63,383 bases of DNA from Mizuhopecten yessoensis (taxonomy: Eukaryota), in the NCBI RefSeq assembly GCF_002113885.1, contig NW_018480063.1, positions 785,013 to 848,395 on the forward strand, in the 5' to 3' direction. A program made the position numbers and the translations under genes. The notes under the pieces were generated by a model. It saw only the letters and a program-made list of their open reading frames with translations. It did no database searches and had not been told where the DNA came from. Position 1 is the stretch's first letter; each line of letters begins with the position of its first letter. Of this stretch, positions 39,301 to 51,559 are shown one piece after another.

Positions 39301-41719
39301 TGGAATGAGAGACTATACTGTATTTCTCCTCCAATAAGCCCAGGGCGCCAACACATAATCTCTGACTCAAAGTAGGGGGATGGGCTTATTAAAGGACAAT
39401 GATATAGCATTTGCTAGCAATTCTAATAAACTGCAATCATTAAAAGTGGGCTTATTGCCGGATAAATACGGTACTTTTTCAGATCCATGGATGTAGAACA
39501 GGGAAATTCACCCTTAGGATTTTCAAATTGATGCAAAACCCTTGAAAAGTCTCAGGTTTCACCCAATTTGAAAACCCTGTAGGTGAAATTTCCCATTCCT
39601 ACACCCCTGGACACAAAATATTCCAATGCTTCCTACAATATATCTGAGGAACCTACCTCCAGTCCTAGGTACTTGGACACAATGGCTGGACCAAGGTCAC
39701 CAATAATAACAACTTGGGCAATCAGTGTTCCCAGCTGTAGCCCTATCATCCTGAAACACAATGATAAGACTGGAAACTAAAGCATTAAATAAGACAACAT
39801 CAGGACAGTTTGTTTGTTTGTTTGTGTTTTACGTCCTATTAACAGCTATGGTCATTTAAGGATGTGCCATGTTTTGGTAGTGGAAGAAAGCTGTATTTCC
39901 CGGAGAAAAATCACCGACCTACAATTAGTACCTGGCAACTGCCCCATGCACGTAGGTCTCGAACCCGTGACCCAGCGGTGGAGGGCTAGTGGTAGCAGAA
40001 TGTCAGACGCCTTACCCACTTGGCCACTGCAGCCCCCATTAGGACAGATAGCCAATCAATAGCATACAAAGTAGGAATGGTAATTATATATTATCAATTT
40101 GATGTTCTAAATAAAATGTTTATCTTTAGTTTGGTGGCAACAATCTAGATCTCATCAGTAGGGTTAATCAGTAGTACTACTCATAAGAAGTTTTAAGGCT
40201 GTTGGACTTCAAGAAGTGAGAGTAATGGATGCAAAGTTAAACCAAGATATTGTATGAACAAACAGATTGACAGAGGACATAAACATGTACTACCCCCTTC
40301 ACAGCAATAGACACATGACATCATGTTTAATGCAGACTGTGAGTAGCTAAACTTGATTATTTAGGGTATCTAACTAACTCTGGACTAACTTACCCGATTT
40401 CAACAGCTAGCTTCCCTGGGGCACCATAAGTATAGTAAGCTGAAAAAATATCAATTGAGGGTTTATACATGTTATGTTGGATGTCAATAAATTTGTTTCA
40501 ATATACATTTTTTGGCAAAATTTGTTAAAGAGGGGGAAAAAAATCATGAGTATGATAACTGGCTCTCACAATAAATTTATCAGTTTTCACAGCATACTTT
40601 GTAACTGGGCAAAACATATTTCAGCATTTAAACGTGAAAAGCACAGTAATGACTGGATTCAGTGTATCTGCCTCCTAATACACTGGTTGGATAAATGGAG
40701 CAAGCAGATTAGCTTTGACTGGAATAATAAGAAGGAGCTGTCAAAATATGTTTTGTGAACACTATATTCACTCTGTGAATTGGTTAGACCTATCATACCA
40801 AGAAATCCATAGGATCTCCTGCGTGAGGTAATACCAGCCTTCATCAGCATACGGCATGATACCAGAGTCAACCAGGTGCAGAAAAACAGGAGCACAGCTC
40901 CCAGCAGTATACCACACTAAAACATTAAACATAGTACAGTTACACTTCCTGCGGCATACCACAATTCAACAGTAAATATTCTGTGTAACAGTACAGCCAA
41001 ATGAAATAATAATATGCAGCAAAACTTCAGCACAGAACATTTATTTTCAGACAAATGAATTTCTCCTTTGAAAGTTTTGAGAATGTTTGTAAGATTAATG
41101 CCCCAGCCCACACTTTGATGGAGATGGGGCTTAGAATACACAGGCAAAATTGGTTCACGTGAATTTTACGTGAAATTTTTCATGTAAATTTTACCTGAAA
41201 CGAGCTTATACATGAAATTCACGTGAAATTTTCCATGTGAAAAATTCATGTGAAATTCACATGAATCAAATTTCACATGAACTTCATGTGAATTTCATGT
41301 GAACAAAATTTGCCTGTGTAAGAGAGTCAGTGAAGGGAAAAATATAGGTCACAGTGACCTAGACATGTCATATGATTTTGTAGTACTCTACAAGAAGAAC
41401 ATGCATGTAGATATAAAGTCTGATCTAAACACAAAGTTAGAACGTCTGTGAAACAAAAAATATAGGTCACAGTGACCTAGCTATGTGTCACATAATCGTG
41501 TAGTACTCTTGAATATGTGTTTGCATGCATGCTAAGTTTCAAGACTGTGTGAAGTTGTAGAGTAGACGTATTCACTTGCTTAAAGAGAAGAAACTGAAGG
41601 GAAAAGAAGGAGGATAACATCAATCTCACCTGTTTAAAACAGAAGGGCATAGCCAGGATGGTGACACCAATGATACTGTTGCTGAGGTTGATGACATGCG
41701 GGAGGTTGCTGACTGCCAT
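24344..41719 (-). CDS. SLC38A10: Putative sodium-coupled neutral amino acid transporter 10 (SLC38A10/SNAT10), 14 coding exons, ~1001 aa
   Basis: Exons 41719-41630, 40916-40799, 40439-40394, 39750-39657, 38445-38305, 37963-37842, 37244-37142, 36839-36657, 35728-35611, 34588-34470, 34135-33889, 33459-33404, 31204-30773, 25480-24344. All GT-AG and phase-consistent (3006 nt). Motifs NSIIGVTILAMPFCFKQCG, IIGDLG, CLPIFSFAFGCQTQL, GFFGYIAF, FPLIIYPCR and GATMGTLICYIFPA, plus a long hydrophilic coiled-coil tail, match SLC38A10. Confidence 0.95.
24775..25400 (-). repeat. Coding tandem repeats in the SLC38A10 last exon: ~39-bp (QPMGGVQQQ..) and 33-bp (NLQQAPGQVVG) units
   Basis: Visible in both the DNA and the ORF 24344-25513 translation. 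Confidence 0.9.
25855..26095 (-). mobile_element. Degenerate V-type SINE interrupted by an 83-bp TTAA-flanked mini-element (25898-25980)
   Basis: CACTCTTGTTGGCTCAGATG..GGGGTC[TTAA insert TTAA]TGTGGGAGGAAACCAGAGCAC matches the reverse complement of the 8552 SINE. The insert ends TCCTTTGACCACT / AGGGGTGAAAGAG are imperfect inverted repeats. Confidence 0.6.
26324..26570. repeat. 27-bp minisatellite, ~9 copies (AAAGGTCACAACAGTTCTGATGTGTTC)
   Basis: Direct periodicity; explains the spurious 9-aa repeat ORFs. Confidence 0.95.
26973..27202 (+). mobile_element. Full-length tRNA-derived SINE with (AAAC/AAACC)n tail
   Basis: GGGGCTGCGGTGGCCAAGTGGTTAAGGCG A box, GGTTCGAGACC B box, GGTTTTTCTCCGGGAACTCCGGCTTTCCTCCACC core, tail AAATGACCATAGC..AATAGGACGTGAAACACAAACAAACC. 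Same family at 39808-40037 (-); tail fragment at 17689-17733. Confidence 0.9.
27240..28692 (+). mobile_element. Possible solo LTR or other inserted element containing a 32-bp minisatellite
   Basis: GT-skewed, CpG-richer block distinct from its flanks, with AATAAA at ~28608 and an end reading ..GACGTTACA. Left boundary and TSD are not resolved. Confidence 0.35.
28114..28442. repeat. 32-bp minisatellite, ~10 copies (GTGATCTGTGCTGCGGTACGGTATTGTTGTGG)
   Basis: Direct periodicity. Confidence 0.93.
29523..30077 (-). mobile_element. HINE-like element with both termini
   Basis: AACAAGAGGCCCAATGGGCCTGCATCGCTCACCTGG ... ATAAGCTCACCTGGCCCAACAGGTGAGCTAAAAA. Confidence 0.8.
30140..30340. repeat. Degenerate ~45-55-bp tandem repeat with internal palindrome (CATTGAGCTTTTGACCTTTGGGAGCTCAAAA), ~4 copies
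   Basis: Recurring ACATTGAGCTT / GAGCTCAAAA blocks. Confidence 0.7.
31578..32910 (-). mobile_element. Complete HINE-like element with central ~150-160-bp tandem repeat array and (GGAC/GAC)n microsatellite
   Basis: Ends AACAAGAGGCCCAGAGGGCCTGTAACGCTCACCTG and GGACGACGGACG..ATAAGCTCACCTTGGTCCTTCGAACCAGGTGAGCTAAAAA. Repeated TTTCCCCTATTGGGCCCC / CCCAAGGATGCT units lie between. Confidence 0.85.
32915..33365 (+). mobile_element. 3' fragment of a non-LTR retrotransposon (ORF2 C-terminal CCHC zinc knuckle plus 3' UTR)
   Basis: Translation FRTRNSNLLVEAGIRSNIPRHECICQLCNVRDIGDEFHYIFECPALDNERK contains CxxC..IGDEFHY.F.C. The fragment ends with AATAAA and a short repeat tail. Confidence 0.8.
34611..35175. 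repeat. Near-identical ~233-bp tandem duplication plus a partial third copy adjoining an N
   Basis: AAATATACAGCAGTCAAAACAATGCCGG occurs at 34611 and 34846; ambiguous base at 35075. Confidence 0.85.
39808..40037 (-). mobile_element. tRNA-derived SINE, same family as 26973-27202
   Basis: Reverse complement matches head, core and (AAAC)n tail. Confidence 0.9.
41137..41320. mobile_element. MITE with TIRs and an internal array of palindromic TTCAC/TGTGAA motifs
   Basis: TACACAGGCAAAATT ... AATTTGCCTGTGTA; the terminal TA may be a TSD. Interior holds ~10 TTCAYRTGAA-like units. Confidence 0.8.
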
Positions 41720-43944
41720 GTTTGGGCCAGACTGCCGCTCCTCAGTCTCAAATTTAGAATCAGCCTCTATAGATTTTTCATCATCAATACCTGCTTCCTT
41801 AAAGTACAAAGAATCATAATGGTAACATTCTGTAAAAGTAAAGGTCATGAACGACACTACCGGTATTTCAGTAAACAAAAAGCTGTATACGCAAATTTAA
41901 ACAGGAATTCCATGTTTGTGGATGTGTCCCCTGTTCGAGGTTAGGCAGAATAACGGCTGATTGCAAGTAACCAATAATGAAAGAAATATATGCAATATAT
42001 TTAAGGACTGAATCTTGATTATTTTATTTTATGGAGTGATGAATGGATTTGGTCTTGAGACAGATTATTTAATGATGTGTGAAACAGTTCGTCTTGACTA
42101 AAGCAATAAATCTGATGTTAAAATATAGGCTGTCAGAATGTCAGAAGCTACAATGTATGAATCATTTGAAAACAACATTTTCATTGCATAAAAGCATAAT
42201 GTACTACATTTTTAAAATTAAACACACTTCAATTTTATATATATATAAAAAAGTTTTGATGAATTGAAATACCACAAACTGTTATGGTGAAGTACTACTG
42301 GCTAACAGACCTTGGTACAATTTTATAATTCCTTCCAAAATTAATTCTAGAATCAATCAGCCAATTGGGTCGCAGCAGCCTCGATGAACATGTATGAATT
42401 TAGCTGAGCATCTACTATGAGCATGCATATATGGTACTTTAGTAGAAAGTATACCAGGCTGGTTTTATCAAAATCAGATAATTTCTATGAAAAAAACACA
42501 TCTACAATGTATATGAATACAAGATACCCACAGGCAGCATTTCAGAATTATGGATCCAAATTAAAATTTAATTAGAGTGAAGAAATAAAGGAAGTTTCAC
42601 AAAAACCAAAGCATCAGCTACAGTGAGCAAGTTATGTCGTTTATAGTTTGCAACACAATGACACGATAATTGTATACTGTTTTATATTCATCAATGAAAA
42701 CAAAATAACTTTTCAGTTAAATTTTAACATGTAGTCATTTGTAATGGAGTCGAAAAAATTCTAAAGTACTATATATAATATACAAAGCAAAATGATAACA
42801 CTTACAGTTTGTCAATTCATTTTTCAATGTGTTAGAAAGGTGTATGGCAAGTGTTATTTGGTACAATATACATAATTACACATCAGAAATTGCAGTGATC
42901 GATCAAATACAACAAAACAACAGAAGCAACACATTAAAAGCCAGCTGACACCCGGTGGTGGTGGTTACATATGTTACGTATACACAAATGTAGATTATAC
43001 TGCACTTAGTGAAGGCCCCGACACACTGTGAGCTATATATATATTGAACAAAAAAAGAAACGCACAATTAAATTATGCAATCGATAGCCTATGATATTTT
43101 GGGAAATTTGTACAAAATTTTATATCAATATGATACAAAACTGTAGAAGAAAAGTCTGTGTGACGTCACTCGTGTCATCAGGGGGACGTCACTCGTGTCA
43201 TCAGGGGGACGTCACTCGTGTCATCATGGGGGAACTTTGTGCGTTTCTTTTTTTGTTCAGTATATATGTTACAGCAATAAATACTGGTTAAAAAATAGCT
43301 GAGTAACAAAACAGAATAAGGTAATAATGATTTGCTGGTGTTTTTCTGGGGTGTTTTTGTATAAGGCCAGGCAAAAAAATATGTGTTTCCTGTAACATGT
43401 CGCAAAAATTTGGGTAGGTAGATACTTAATTTTTATATTTTAACAAATAATTTTAAATGGTTTATATAGTAGTGATCATGACTTCAATAGTGCTTCTTTG
43501 AAAATTGCCTTAAAAAGTTTAGGGTAGGCACAAAAAAGTAGGGCAGGTATCTATAGGGTTACCAGAAACACCAAATATTTTTTTGTTATGCCTTATTTTT
43601 GTAATTAACCTCTGAATCAATCCAAATCATACAAAAGGCTTCTAGATCTTCTATAGGCCTACATCTGTGTTTTCCCATGCCACCATGCCTAGCTTTTGTT
43701 GTTAGCTTCCCAAGATTGTCAATTGGAATTTAGTTTTTGGCAGTATTGGACTCTGGGAAACCTGAATCTTGCTATCAAAATATGTAATTTGATGCGATTA
43801 AATGACAATCTAAATTGAGTACAACCAAATACAAAGATGTTCATGATGTTACATGGATGGATGTTTACCAGGCCTTTTGATTCAGAGGTCATTATCAAGA
43901 AAGGCAACATTACAGCAAAAAGAAACAAAAATGAGGTGTCTAAA

Positions 43945-44566
43945 ATGTCTGCAAGACATAAATGCCCCCCCTGCCATGTGAAATGAGTTTCAGCGTTCTA
44001 TAAAAAGTTACAACCACTTTGATCTTGATACCCTGAAACATGCACACACACAAGGTACTACACTTAAAGTTGATAAGTTGATTTTAATATTCATTTGTTT
44101 TTTCTGTATGTTATTAACATTCATTTGTTTTTTCTGTATGTTATTACCATCTCGATAACATATTGAATGAAGTTGCTCAGTGTTTAAATTGAATCTGTTG
44201 ATGATTTTCTATATATAGCAACAGTGGCCTTGACCTTGGACCCCTGAAACACAACAATGTCTGAAGTATAATCATACTTGCCTTTGCATAAAGTTTGACC
44301 AAAATCCATGAAAGAATGAAGTTGCTAAGTGTTTACTAGTAAATTGAATCAGTTGATGATTTTCTATAAATAGCAAGTGTGACCTTGACCTTAACCTTGG
44401 ATCCCTGAAACACAACGATGTCCGAAGTATACTCATACTTGACCTTTGTATAAAGTTTGACCAAAATCTGTCGAAGAATGAAGTTGCTAAGTGTTTACAT
44501 TGAATCGGGACGGGACGGACATGGGCAACACTATAGCCCCGCATTTTATGGCGGGGCCATAAAAAG
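43945..44566 (-). mobile_element. HINE-like element of a second family (TGACCTTGACCTT repeats, GGGAC microsatellite, terminal GC hairpin)
   Basis: Two to three ~150-bp internal repeats; end GGGACGGGACGGAC..ATAGCCCCGCATTTTATGGCGGGGCCATAAAAA. Confidence 0.7.
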
Positions 44567-44776
44567 CAACAACATGTATCTTGCCATTTGCTCAATGGCA
44601 CTGCCTTGTAATTAATCCGACAACTTAGGGAGCAAATGATTTTAAAAAGAAGGGAAGCAACAATATATGATTATTTGCTGTGATTGTTATTTTCTGGAAA
44701 TTATCAGTCATCTTTGATGATCAGGCTTCAGTTTGTATGACAAGTCAAATTCAATGGAGACTTTCACCACTTGTGA

Positions 44777-44945
44777 TACTGTATCCCGGGAAATTTTGGC
44801 TGCAGTTTAATTTTCACCTTTTTCATCCTCTGTAATGAGGGCGAATTTATCATTACTGCATATATTAGTAGACGAATAATATACATACAATTTTTTATGA
44901 GAAGGCGAAAATTTGACTGGGCGAAAGTTTTCATGGTATACAGTA
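44777..44945. mobile_element. Small TA-flanked MITE
   Basis: TACTGTATCCCGGGAAATTTTGGC ... GCGAAAGTTTTCATGGTATACAGTA imperfect TIRs. Confidence 0.6.
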
Positions 44946-47900
44946 TTGTGAGAAAAAGAGATGTTAATACTAATACAATATAATAGGAGAAAAACTCAAT
45001 GATATACAGTTATAAAGTTAAAACTAAAGATTTATAATTTGAAATTTTTCAGATAAATAGAGTGTGAATCAAAGTCCCAGAATAAATATGATACACAAGT
45101 TTAGATGTTATATCAATACAAGAAATTATTTACCAGTATCTCAAATTCAGGAAAAATTAGAATGTAAGCTAAAACTACTCAAAAGAAAAATAAAATGATA
45201 TACCATTTAGAAAGAAGTTATCTTGCTGTTAATGCACCATAAACAATTCATGTTATGCATACTAAACATGAATTTGCAGTGAGATGGGGATGGCCACCCG
45301 TCACGATAAAGAGTGCATTACGTACGTGTATTCTACCGGGTATGAATGTTCATATTATATCAGTGTGTATATAATTTGATTTTGACTGTAACATCATGTA
45401 TTTCATCAAACTCAAGTTTAAAGTGGAATCTACATATCCCTTAAACATTTTACTAAATTGATGGTTTTGCCATAGTAAATAAAGATTAAAAAAAAAAAAA
45501 TCAGTTTTTTGTTAACTTCAATAAAATGCTATTAAAAATACGAGCCTTGCATCTTTTCAGTTAAATTGGTCAATACACATTTAGATATTTTATTAGTCCT
45601 ACATATAAATATCAATGAAAGTAAAAATCATAAAATTCCACTTCATGATCATGATCATTTCATTAAAAGTGTGAAAATATGATCAGAGGGCCTGTATCAC
45701 TCACCTGTGTATAATTATCTAAGCAATCATGGCAAAACATTCTTATTAAAAGTAATATTATTTCTAATATATTCCCATTTTGGACTCTACCTCTAATCAC
45801 CCTCGCTTGGGATATAAAACATTTGATTTCCTTGTCCCACGGATGCTTCATTGCAAATGTATTGGAATTTTGATTAACTGATCAGGAAGAGAAGACGTTT
45901 AAAGACTTTTAAAGACGACCAAACTAACCTTGTGCCCCTGTACATCTTTCTGGGCCCCTCAGCTCCAGAGGGAGCTACACTATTAGTCTTCCTCTTTACA
46001 TGATTCCAAGATACCAAGCATGCTTCATAGTACATTTTGATGTGTATTGTATGGTTATACGTGTATACCTGGTATATTCCGTCTTTGCGTATTGCAGAGT
46101 TATCTGCTCTTGTGAGCAGCTGTTGATTGTTACGTCATTGGTTTGCGAGAGTAACGTCATCAATTTTTGAGAAAACAACGTAATTTTCTCACATAAACCA
46201 ATGACATAACAATCAATACCATATACTGCCTGGGTTATTTATAACATTTTCCTTCCTTTGTTAATATTGTTGAGTCATTTTTGCCTATATATAGCTACTT
46301 TATTATTAAAAAGTTTGGAAGTCAATAACTTCATACAATGTATATATTTGGGTTATGCAGGCTGTCACAAAGAACAAGACTGACCCCTTTATCTTTTAAT
46401 TGCAGTACACTAATACTAATTACCACCGTATTTCCATTATAAACAAAACAATTATCATTAATCAGGCATCAATTTAAAACCAAAAGTAATGATCGATCAT
46501 GAAATTTGGAGTAATTCCCAACACCAGACTAACATTGGGTTTCGCCTTACACATTTCACTTCATCTATGTAGAAAAACACCATGTGTTTATACAACTCAT
46601 CTCGCCCAAATTCTACACAGCCGTTCAAGACTACTAGAGATTTTCAGATATTCAAGGTTAGAAGGGAAGAGTGACAGTCCTGTCGATGGATGAACAATAG
46701 ACGCCTTGCCACAGCATATAAGACCACCTTCTTGGCCTAGTAGTATTAATGCCTAAATCATTTCTGTTTAGTTTGGTACATGTACTTACTGTACCTAAAC
46801 TCATTTTTTTTAGTCAAGTATGGGTCTGAACTTTGGAGGCAAACTTTAAATTTTGAAAACAAGAAATTTGAGACACTGTACACAGAGGAAAGTGATTAGT
46901 GAAAAGCAGAGAAAACAATTAGCAAGAATTTTATACTCAAGACAGCACAGTCAGAGATGGGATATTTACCATCACATTTACAACATGGTTATAGTTCTTA
47001 AACTGAAATAGAAACAAAATACAGTTAATTACATATGAAATACTAAAATATAAATGGAGAAAATACATTTACAATGTACTGTAGCTAAAATTCATTGATC
47101 ATGAACACCAATATGGCGTCATTCGCAACAGACATGCAAATAAATTGTAGCAATAAGTGAATTCTATACCAGTCATGCATAAAATTGACCAGAATATCTT
47201 CCATGTTCATTGGAGTAAGATAGAGTATAAGATTGGGAGTCTTTTAATTTGTAACTTTAAATTCACAATTAAAATATTATTTGTCACTCTGTATGATAAT
47301 TGAATTCTATGATAAACTGCAATTTGAAGACAAGACATCATAATTATTTATTTATTTCCATGAAAACTTTAGTGGGTAGTCTTCAGCTGTTTATCTCATG
47401 TCTGACACAACTGGTAATTTTCTTCACATTAAAAGGTCATTTAGATATCTAAAATAGACATTAAATACATAAACCTAAAATGACATATCAATTAGATAAC
47501 TATAAGTTCTGATCCCTCTGGGCTAAAGATGTTAGCACCAAACTTTAGGTGAATATTTACTCTTCAGTTTGGGTTTAGATGCTTAATGGACAGACGACTG
47601 ATGAAACACCACCTGGAAAGCTCACCCTGGTAGTTCGTACAAGACTTAATAATTAATGTGATCCATAACATAAAAAAATGTTGATAACCACATGCAAGAA
47701 GTTTGGATGAATGTTAGACTGTAGACATTTACATGTAAGTTCATGCTACACAAGTAACAAGCTGAATCATCACGAAGCATAATACGTGTACATGTATTGT
47801 TTATCTTTAGCTGGCTGTGAAAAGGTATCCTACCATTGATTTATGTTTACATGACAGATGTATGAATAATTCATATTCCTATAAAGATTATACAAAATGT

Positions 47901-50751
47901 ATCTATATATAGACATACACCTCATAATATGTTGACATATTAAAGTGTCAACATATTAAAGTGTTAACAAAATCAAATTAATTTTCATAGAGACTGGAAA
48001 ATGAAAGAGGTTCAAATAATGAAAAAAAAAATTGAAGTTTACCATATATATCCTGTCTGTCACACCTTCACATTATCAGACTCTTATTACTTCAGGTTTA
48101 GCTAATTGGCAACAGGCTCCAGTCGCAACATTCAGAACGACTTACATTTAGCTGATCCTTTTTTAAGACAAGATGAATCCTACATGTATCATACGTTAAC
48201 GACCGAGATCTTGACAGTATATATTGTAATTACAAGACAGGTGAATAATTACTACAGATTTACATGGATGAATCTATTATAGTAATTATGCATGAATCAA
48301 GTTATATATCTAATTACCTAGGACTGTCATTATAACTTTCATTAACACAACATTGTTTCAAGCAAGGGTAATAATATCATATTTCTGTATACCAATCACT
48401 AAATGTCCTTCCAAAAGAATTAAGTTATTCAATGTCATTCGGTAAGAATAAATAGATGCTAACAAAACTGTTGTAGTGTTATATAGTCAAATATTAAATC
48501 TTCATATACAGACCATGCTATACAAGAAAGAATTAAACAACCCCAGACATTTACAGAACTGGAAAAATGTTTTGTAAATTTCTCAAGTCATTCCTAGTTA
48601 ACCAGCTTGACCATTTAAACAAATCCTGTTTCCTTTACCCATAGCTAGCTACTGATGTTGTTTTTCAGGTTTGGTTTAACATATTAAATAGACAATATAC
48701 AACTTCAAAGATTAATATCTGCTTTTATAAATATTTACTTTTGCTTCCTTAATGGTGCCTCCTGGTCCAAATTCTTGACATACATGCAAACAGCACGTTC
48801 ACTGGTGATAATTCCACATAATACATATACAACGTATATATACACCATGTATATACTCAAGTTTGGTACCTGGTGACTTACTTTTTTGGTCATTTTAGAA
48901 TGTTAACAAAATTAAATACTTACATGAAAATTTGAAATAAATAATGTTTTTTGTCAAATGGGACTAATTCTATCTCAATTACATTCTCACTTTCACCTGA
49001 TCTTATTAATAGAGATTTACAAGATTTGGATATCATTGTGAAGTGATTGCAATTACCTGGTAGCTTAAACTTAATCAAATAAACAACTAACTAACAATGA
49101 ACTGTCTTTACTGTTTAGAACCACATGTGATGACAATTGCTATTTTTGCTACAAAGTCAATTAAGTTATCAAAAAGTTCCAAAACAGAAACTATGATTCA
49201 ATAAAAAATTACAGATTAACATGCATCGAATAGAACAGATGAAAAAATTATAGAGTACAAGAAATGAATTAATAAAAGTTAAAAATAATTTAAAGAAAAC
49301 TGTGTGAAAAACTACCTCAGCTCTAAAAAGCATTCTTGAATACTTTAAACAAGAATTCACAATGTAAGAGAACAATCCAAATAGAAATCCAATTCAACAT
49401 CTTTTTAAAACACTAACAAAAATCAGGATAGCAACAACCATGGATATGAGAGAGAGAGTAAGTTCTGATGATGAAAACAATACAATTTCTGATGAAAGAA
49501 AATACTATTCTAAATAAAAACATTTCCAAACAATGAGTCAAAGGATATTTAACAGCTAAACAAAAGGTCACAAGGACCCATATGAAGCATATGGATCATA
49601 ATACATTGTACCTGTCCCTTGCAAAATATTCTTATTTTTGGCTCATTATCCAGATTTAAGACAACACATTCAATCCTTTTATAAAAGAGACGATTCTCTA
49701 GTTCAAGTCCTTAAAAATGCTTCATAGAAAATAATTTTTTATTGGAACATCAATGCAAGTGTTCTGGAGGAGTAGGGTTTTAAAACATTTATATACCCAA
49801 ATTAATAAGGCCCTCTTTTGGATCAGCCACCATTATGGAGCTACAATGCTAAACTCTTCCTTTAAATACACTGTAACCATTAATTAATTCCCAGGCCCAC
49901 GGCCATGCTTCATGGCCATGGGAAATTGGGTGAAAGTTGGAGGATCACGATCATTTTCATGTTGTACTAATTATAAGTCCCTGGGGTTTGGCCTGATCCT
50001 GTAGCTAATCATTGTGGCATGATTTTGTTTGACTCTTCGTGCACAGAAATGACATAAAACGTTTGATTTTGTTTGTTACTGACAGTGTTTTAAATAACAT
50101 CCACATGTCAACACTATTAAATGTGAACATGAAGGTATATAATCATTATAAATCATAAATGTATAAGGCCTAATAGACAAATAGTTTGTATTGTTACAAT
50201 GTACTCAATGTAACTTGTAAGACCATACTGTGTATGTCTTTATATTGATTGATAGGTTTTACGTCCGCTTCGCTACCGAGTAGTTCGGTTATCCAGCAGA
50301 CGAAGAACAGAAAGGAAAATGAGTAGAAGGGATAAACTATGTCGTAAAGAGTAGAAGAGGGGGATAGGTTAGAGAAGGAGCCGTCTTTACAGTGTACCCC
50401 GGATATATGTACTGGATGTGTTAATGGACAGTGGACTACGTAAAGGAAGTGTGTAATTTTTGTACAGTGTGCTTTTCAAACCATGACGGATAATCAGGAG
50501 TTGATCTATGAAATAATGATAGAAAAAACGGCCAATTCGTAGTTACCGTCACCACAGGTATGCCTAGCTATCAGCAGTGACTGTTCGCGTTGTAAACAAA
50601 CGCTGGTCAGAAATTGCTGCCACTGCTGATGCAAGTGGTACAACGGCGGCCAACACACTATAAGGTCAGTGTAAGCCCATCACAGTTATTGCTCACTGCC
50701 TGGCCTAGCTTTCTATTAAGAATTACTTCGAGAACCAGTTAGCATATTTAC

Positions 50752-50900
50752 CTGAAATATATCAGTATCCTTGTAACAACATCGTCATCTCATAGCTTAC
50801 GGCGACGTGGCGATTAGAAGTTTCGTCATCAAGTTACTATTGACGCTTCCACCAGTGTGCGTTACAAGCGTTTGTTTGTAACGGAATAGTAAAAATGGCG
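50752..50900 (-). promoter_or_regulatory. Putative promoter and non-coding first exon of SLC38A10, with two candidate donors
   Basis: CpG-richer island; YY1-like AAAATGGCG at ~50892; minus-strand donors CC|GTAAGC (50800) and CAG|GTAAAT (50751). The first coding exon has upstream acceptors at 41791/41798. Confidence 0.45.
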
Positions 50901-51119
50901 CGAATTTCAAAAAACAAAATAAACATAAAACATGTGTATTAGATATTGTTTGTAAAGACAACCAAAAGACATGGCAAATATTCAACCATTTTATTTAAGC
51001 ATCTACAAAGCACGAACAAAAAAAATAAGTATGAGCCTGTCAGAAAAAATGTCATTATCAGGCCACCATATCATCAGAGGGTGTCATTGCAGTAATATTA
51101 AACCATAGGTAGAGCCTTC

Positions 51120-51559
51120 AGGCTATCAATAATACACCAATAAGTTAATATAAACTATAGATATATTGATAGAGGAGGGTAGTACTTATGTTAGGCTATC
51201 AATAATACACCAATAAGTTAATATAAACTATAGATATATTGATAGAGGAGGGTAGTACTTATGTTAGGCTATCAATAGTACACCAATAAGTTAATATAAA
51301 CTATAGATATATTGATAGAGGAGGGTAGTACTTATGTTAGGCTGTCAATAATACACCAATAAGTTAAAATAAACTATAGATATATTGATAGAGGAGGGTA
51401 GTACTTATGTTAGGCTATCAATAGTACACCAATAAGTTAATATAAACTATAGATATATTGATAGAGAAGGGGTAGTACTTATGTTAGGCTATCAATAGTA
51501 CACCAAAAAGTTAATATAAACTATAGATATATTGATAGAGGAGGGTAGTACTTATGTTA
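51120..51559. repeat. 73-bp tandem repeat, 6 near-identical copies
   Basis: AGGCTATCAATA starts at 51120, 51193, 51266 and so on. Confidence 0.95.

Noticed and set aside
41720-41878. N-terminal extension of SLC38A10 (in-frame open sequence upstream of MAVSN)
   Set aside because: No in-frame ATG in the exon upstream of 41719, and homology begins at MAVSN. An extension from an unseen upstream exon cannot be excluded.
49140-49560. A-rich, coiled-coil-like coding relic
   Set aside because: Stops in all frames and no recognisable motif; cannot be assigned.
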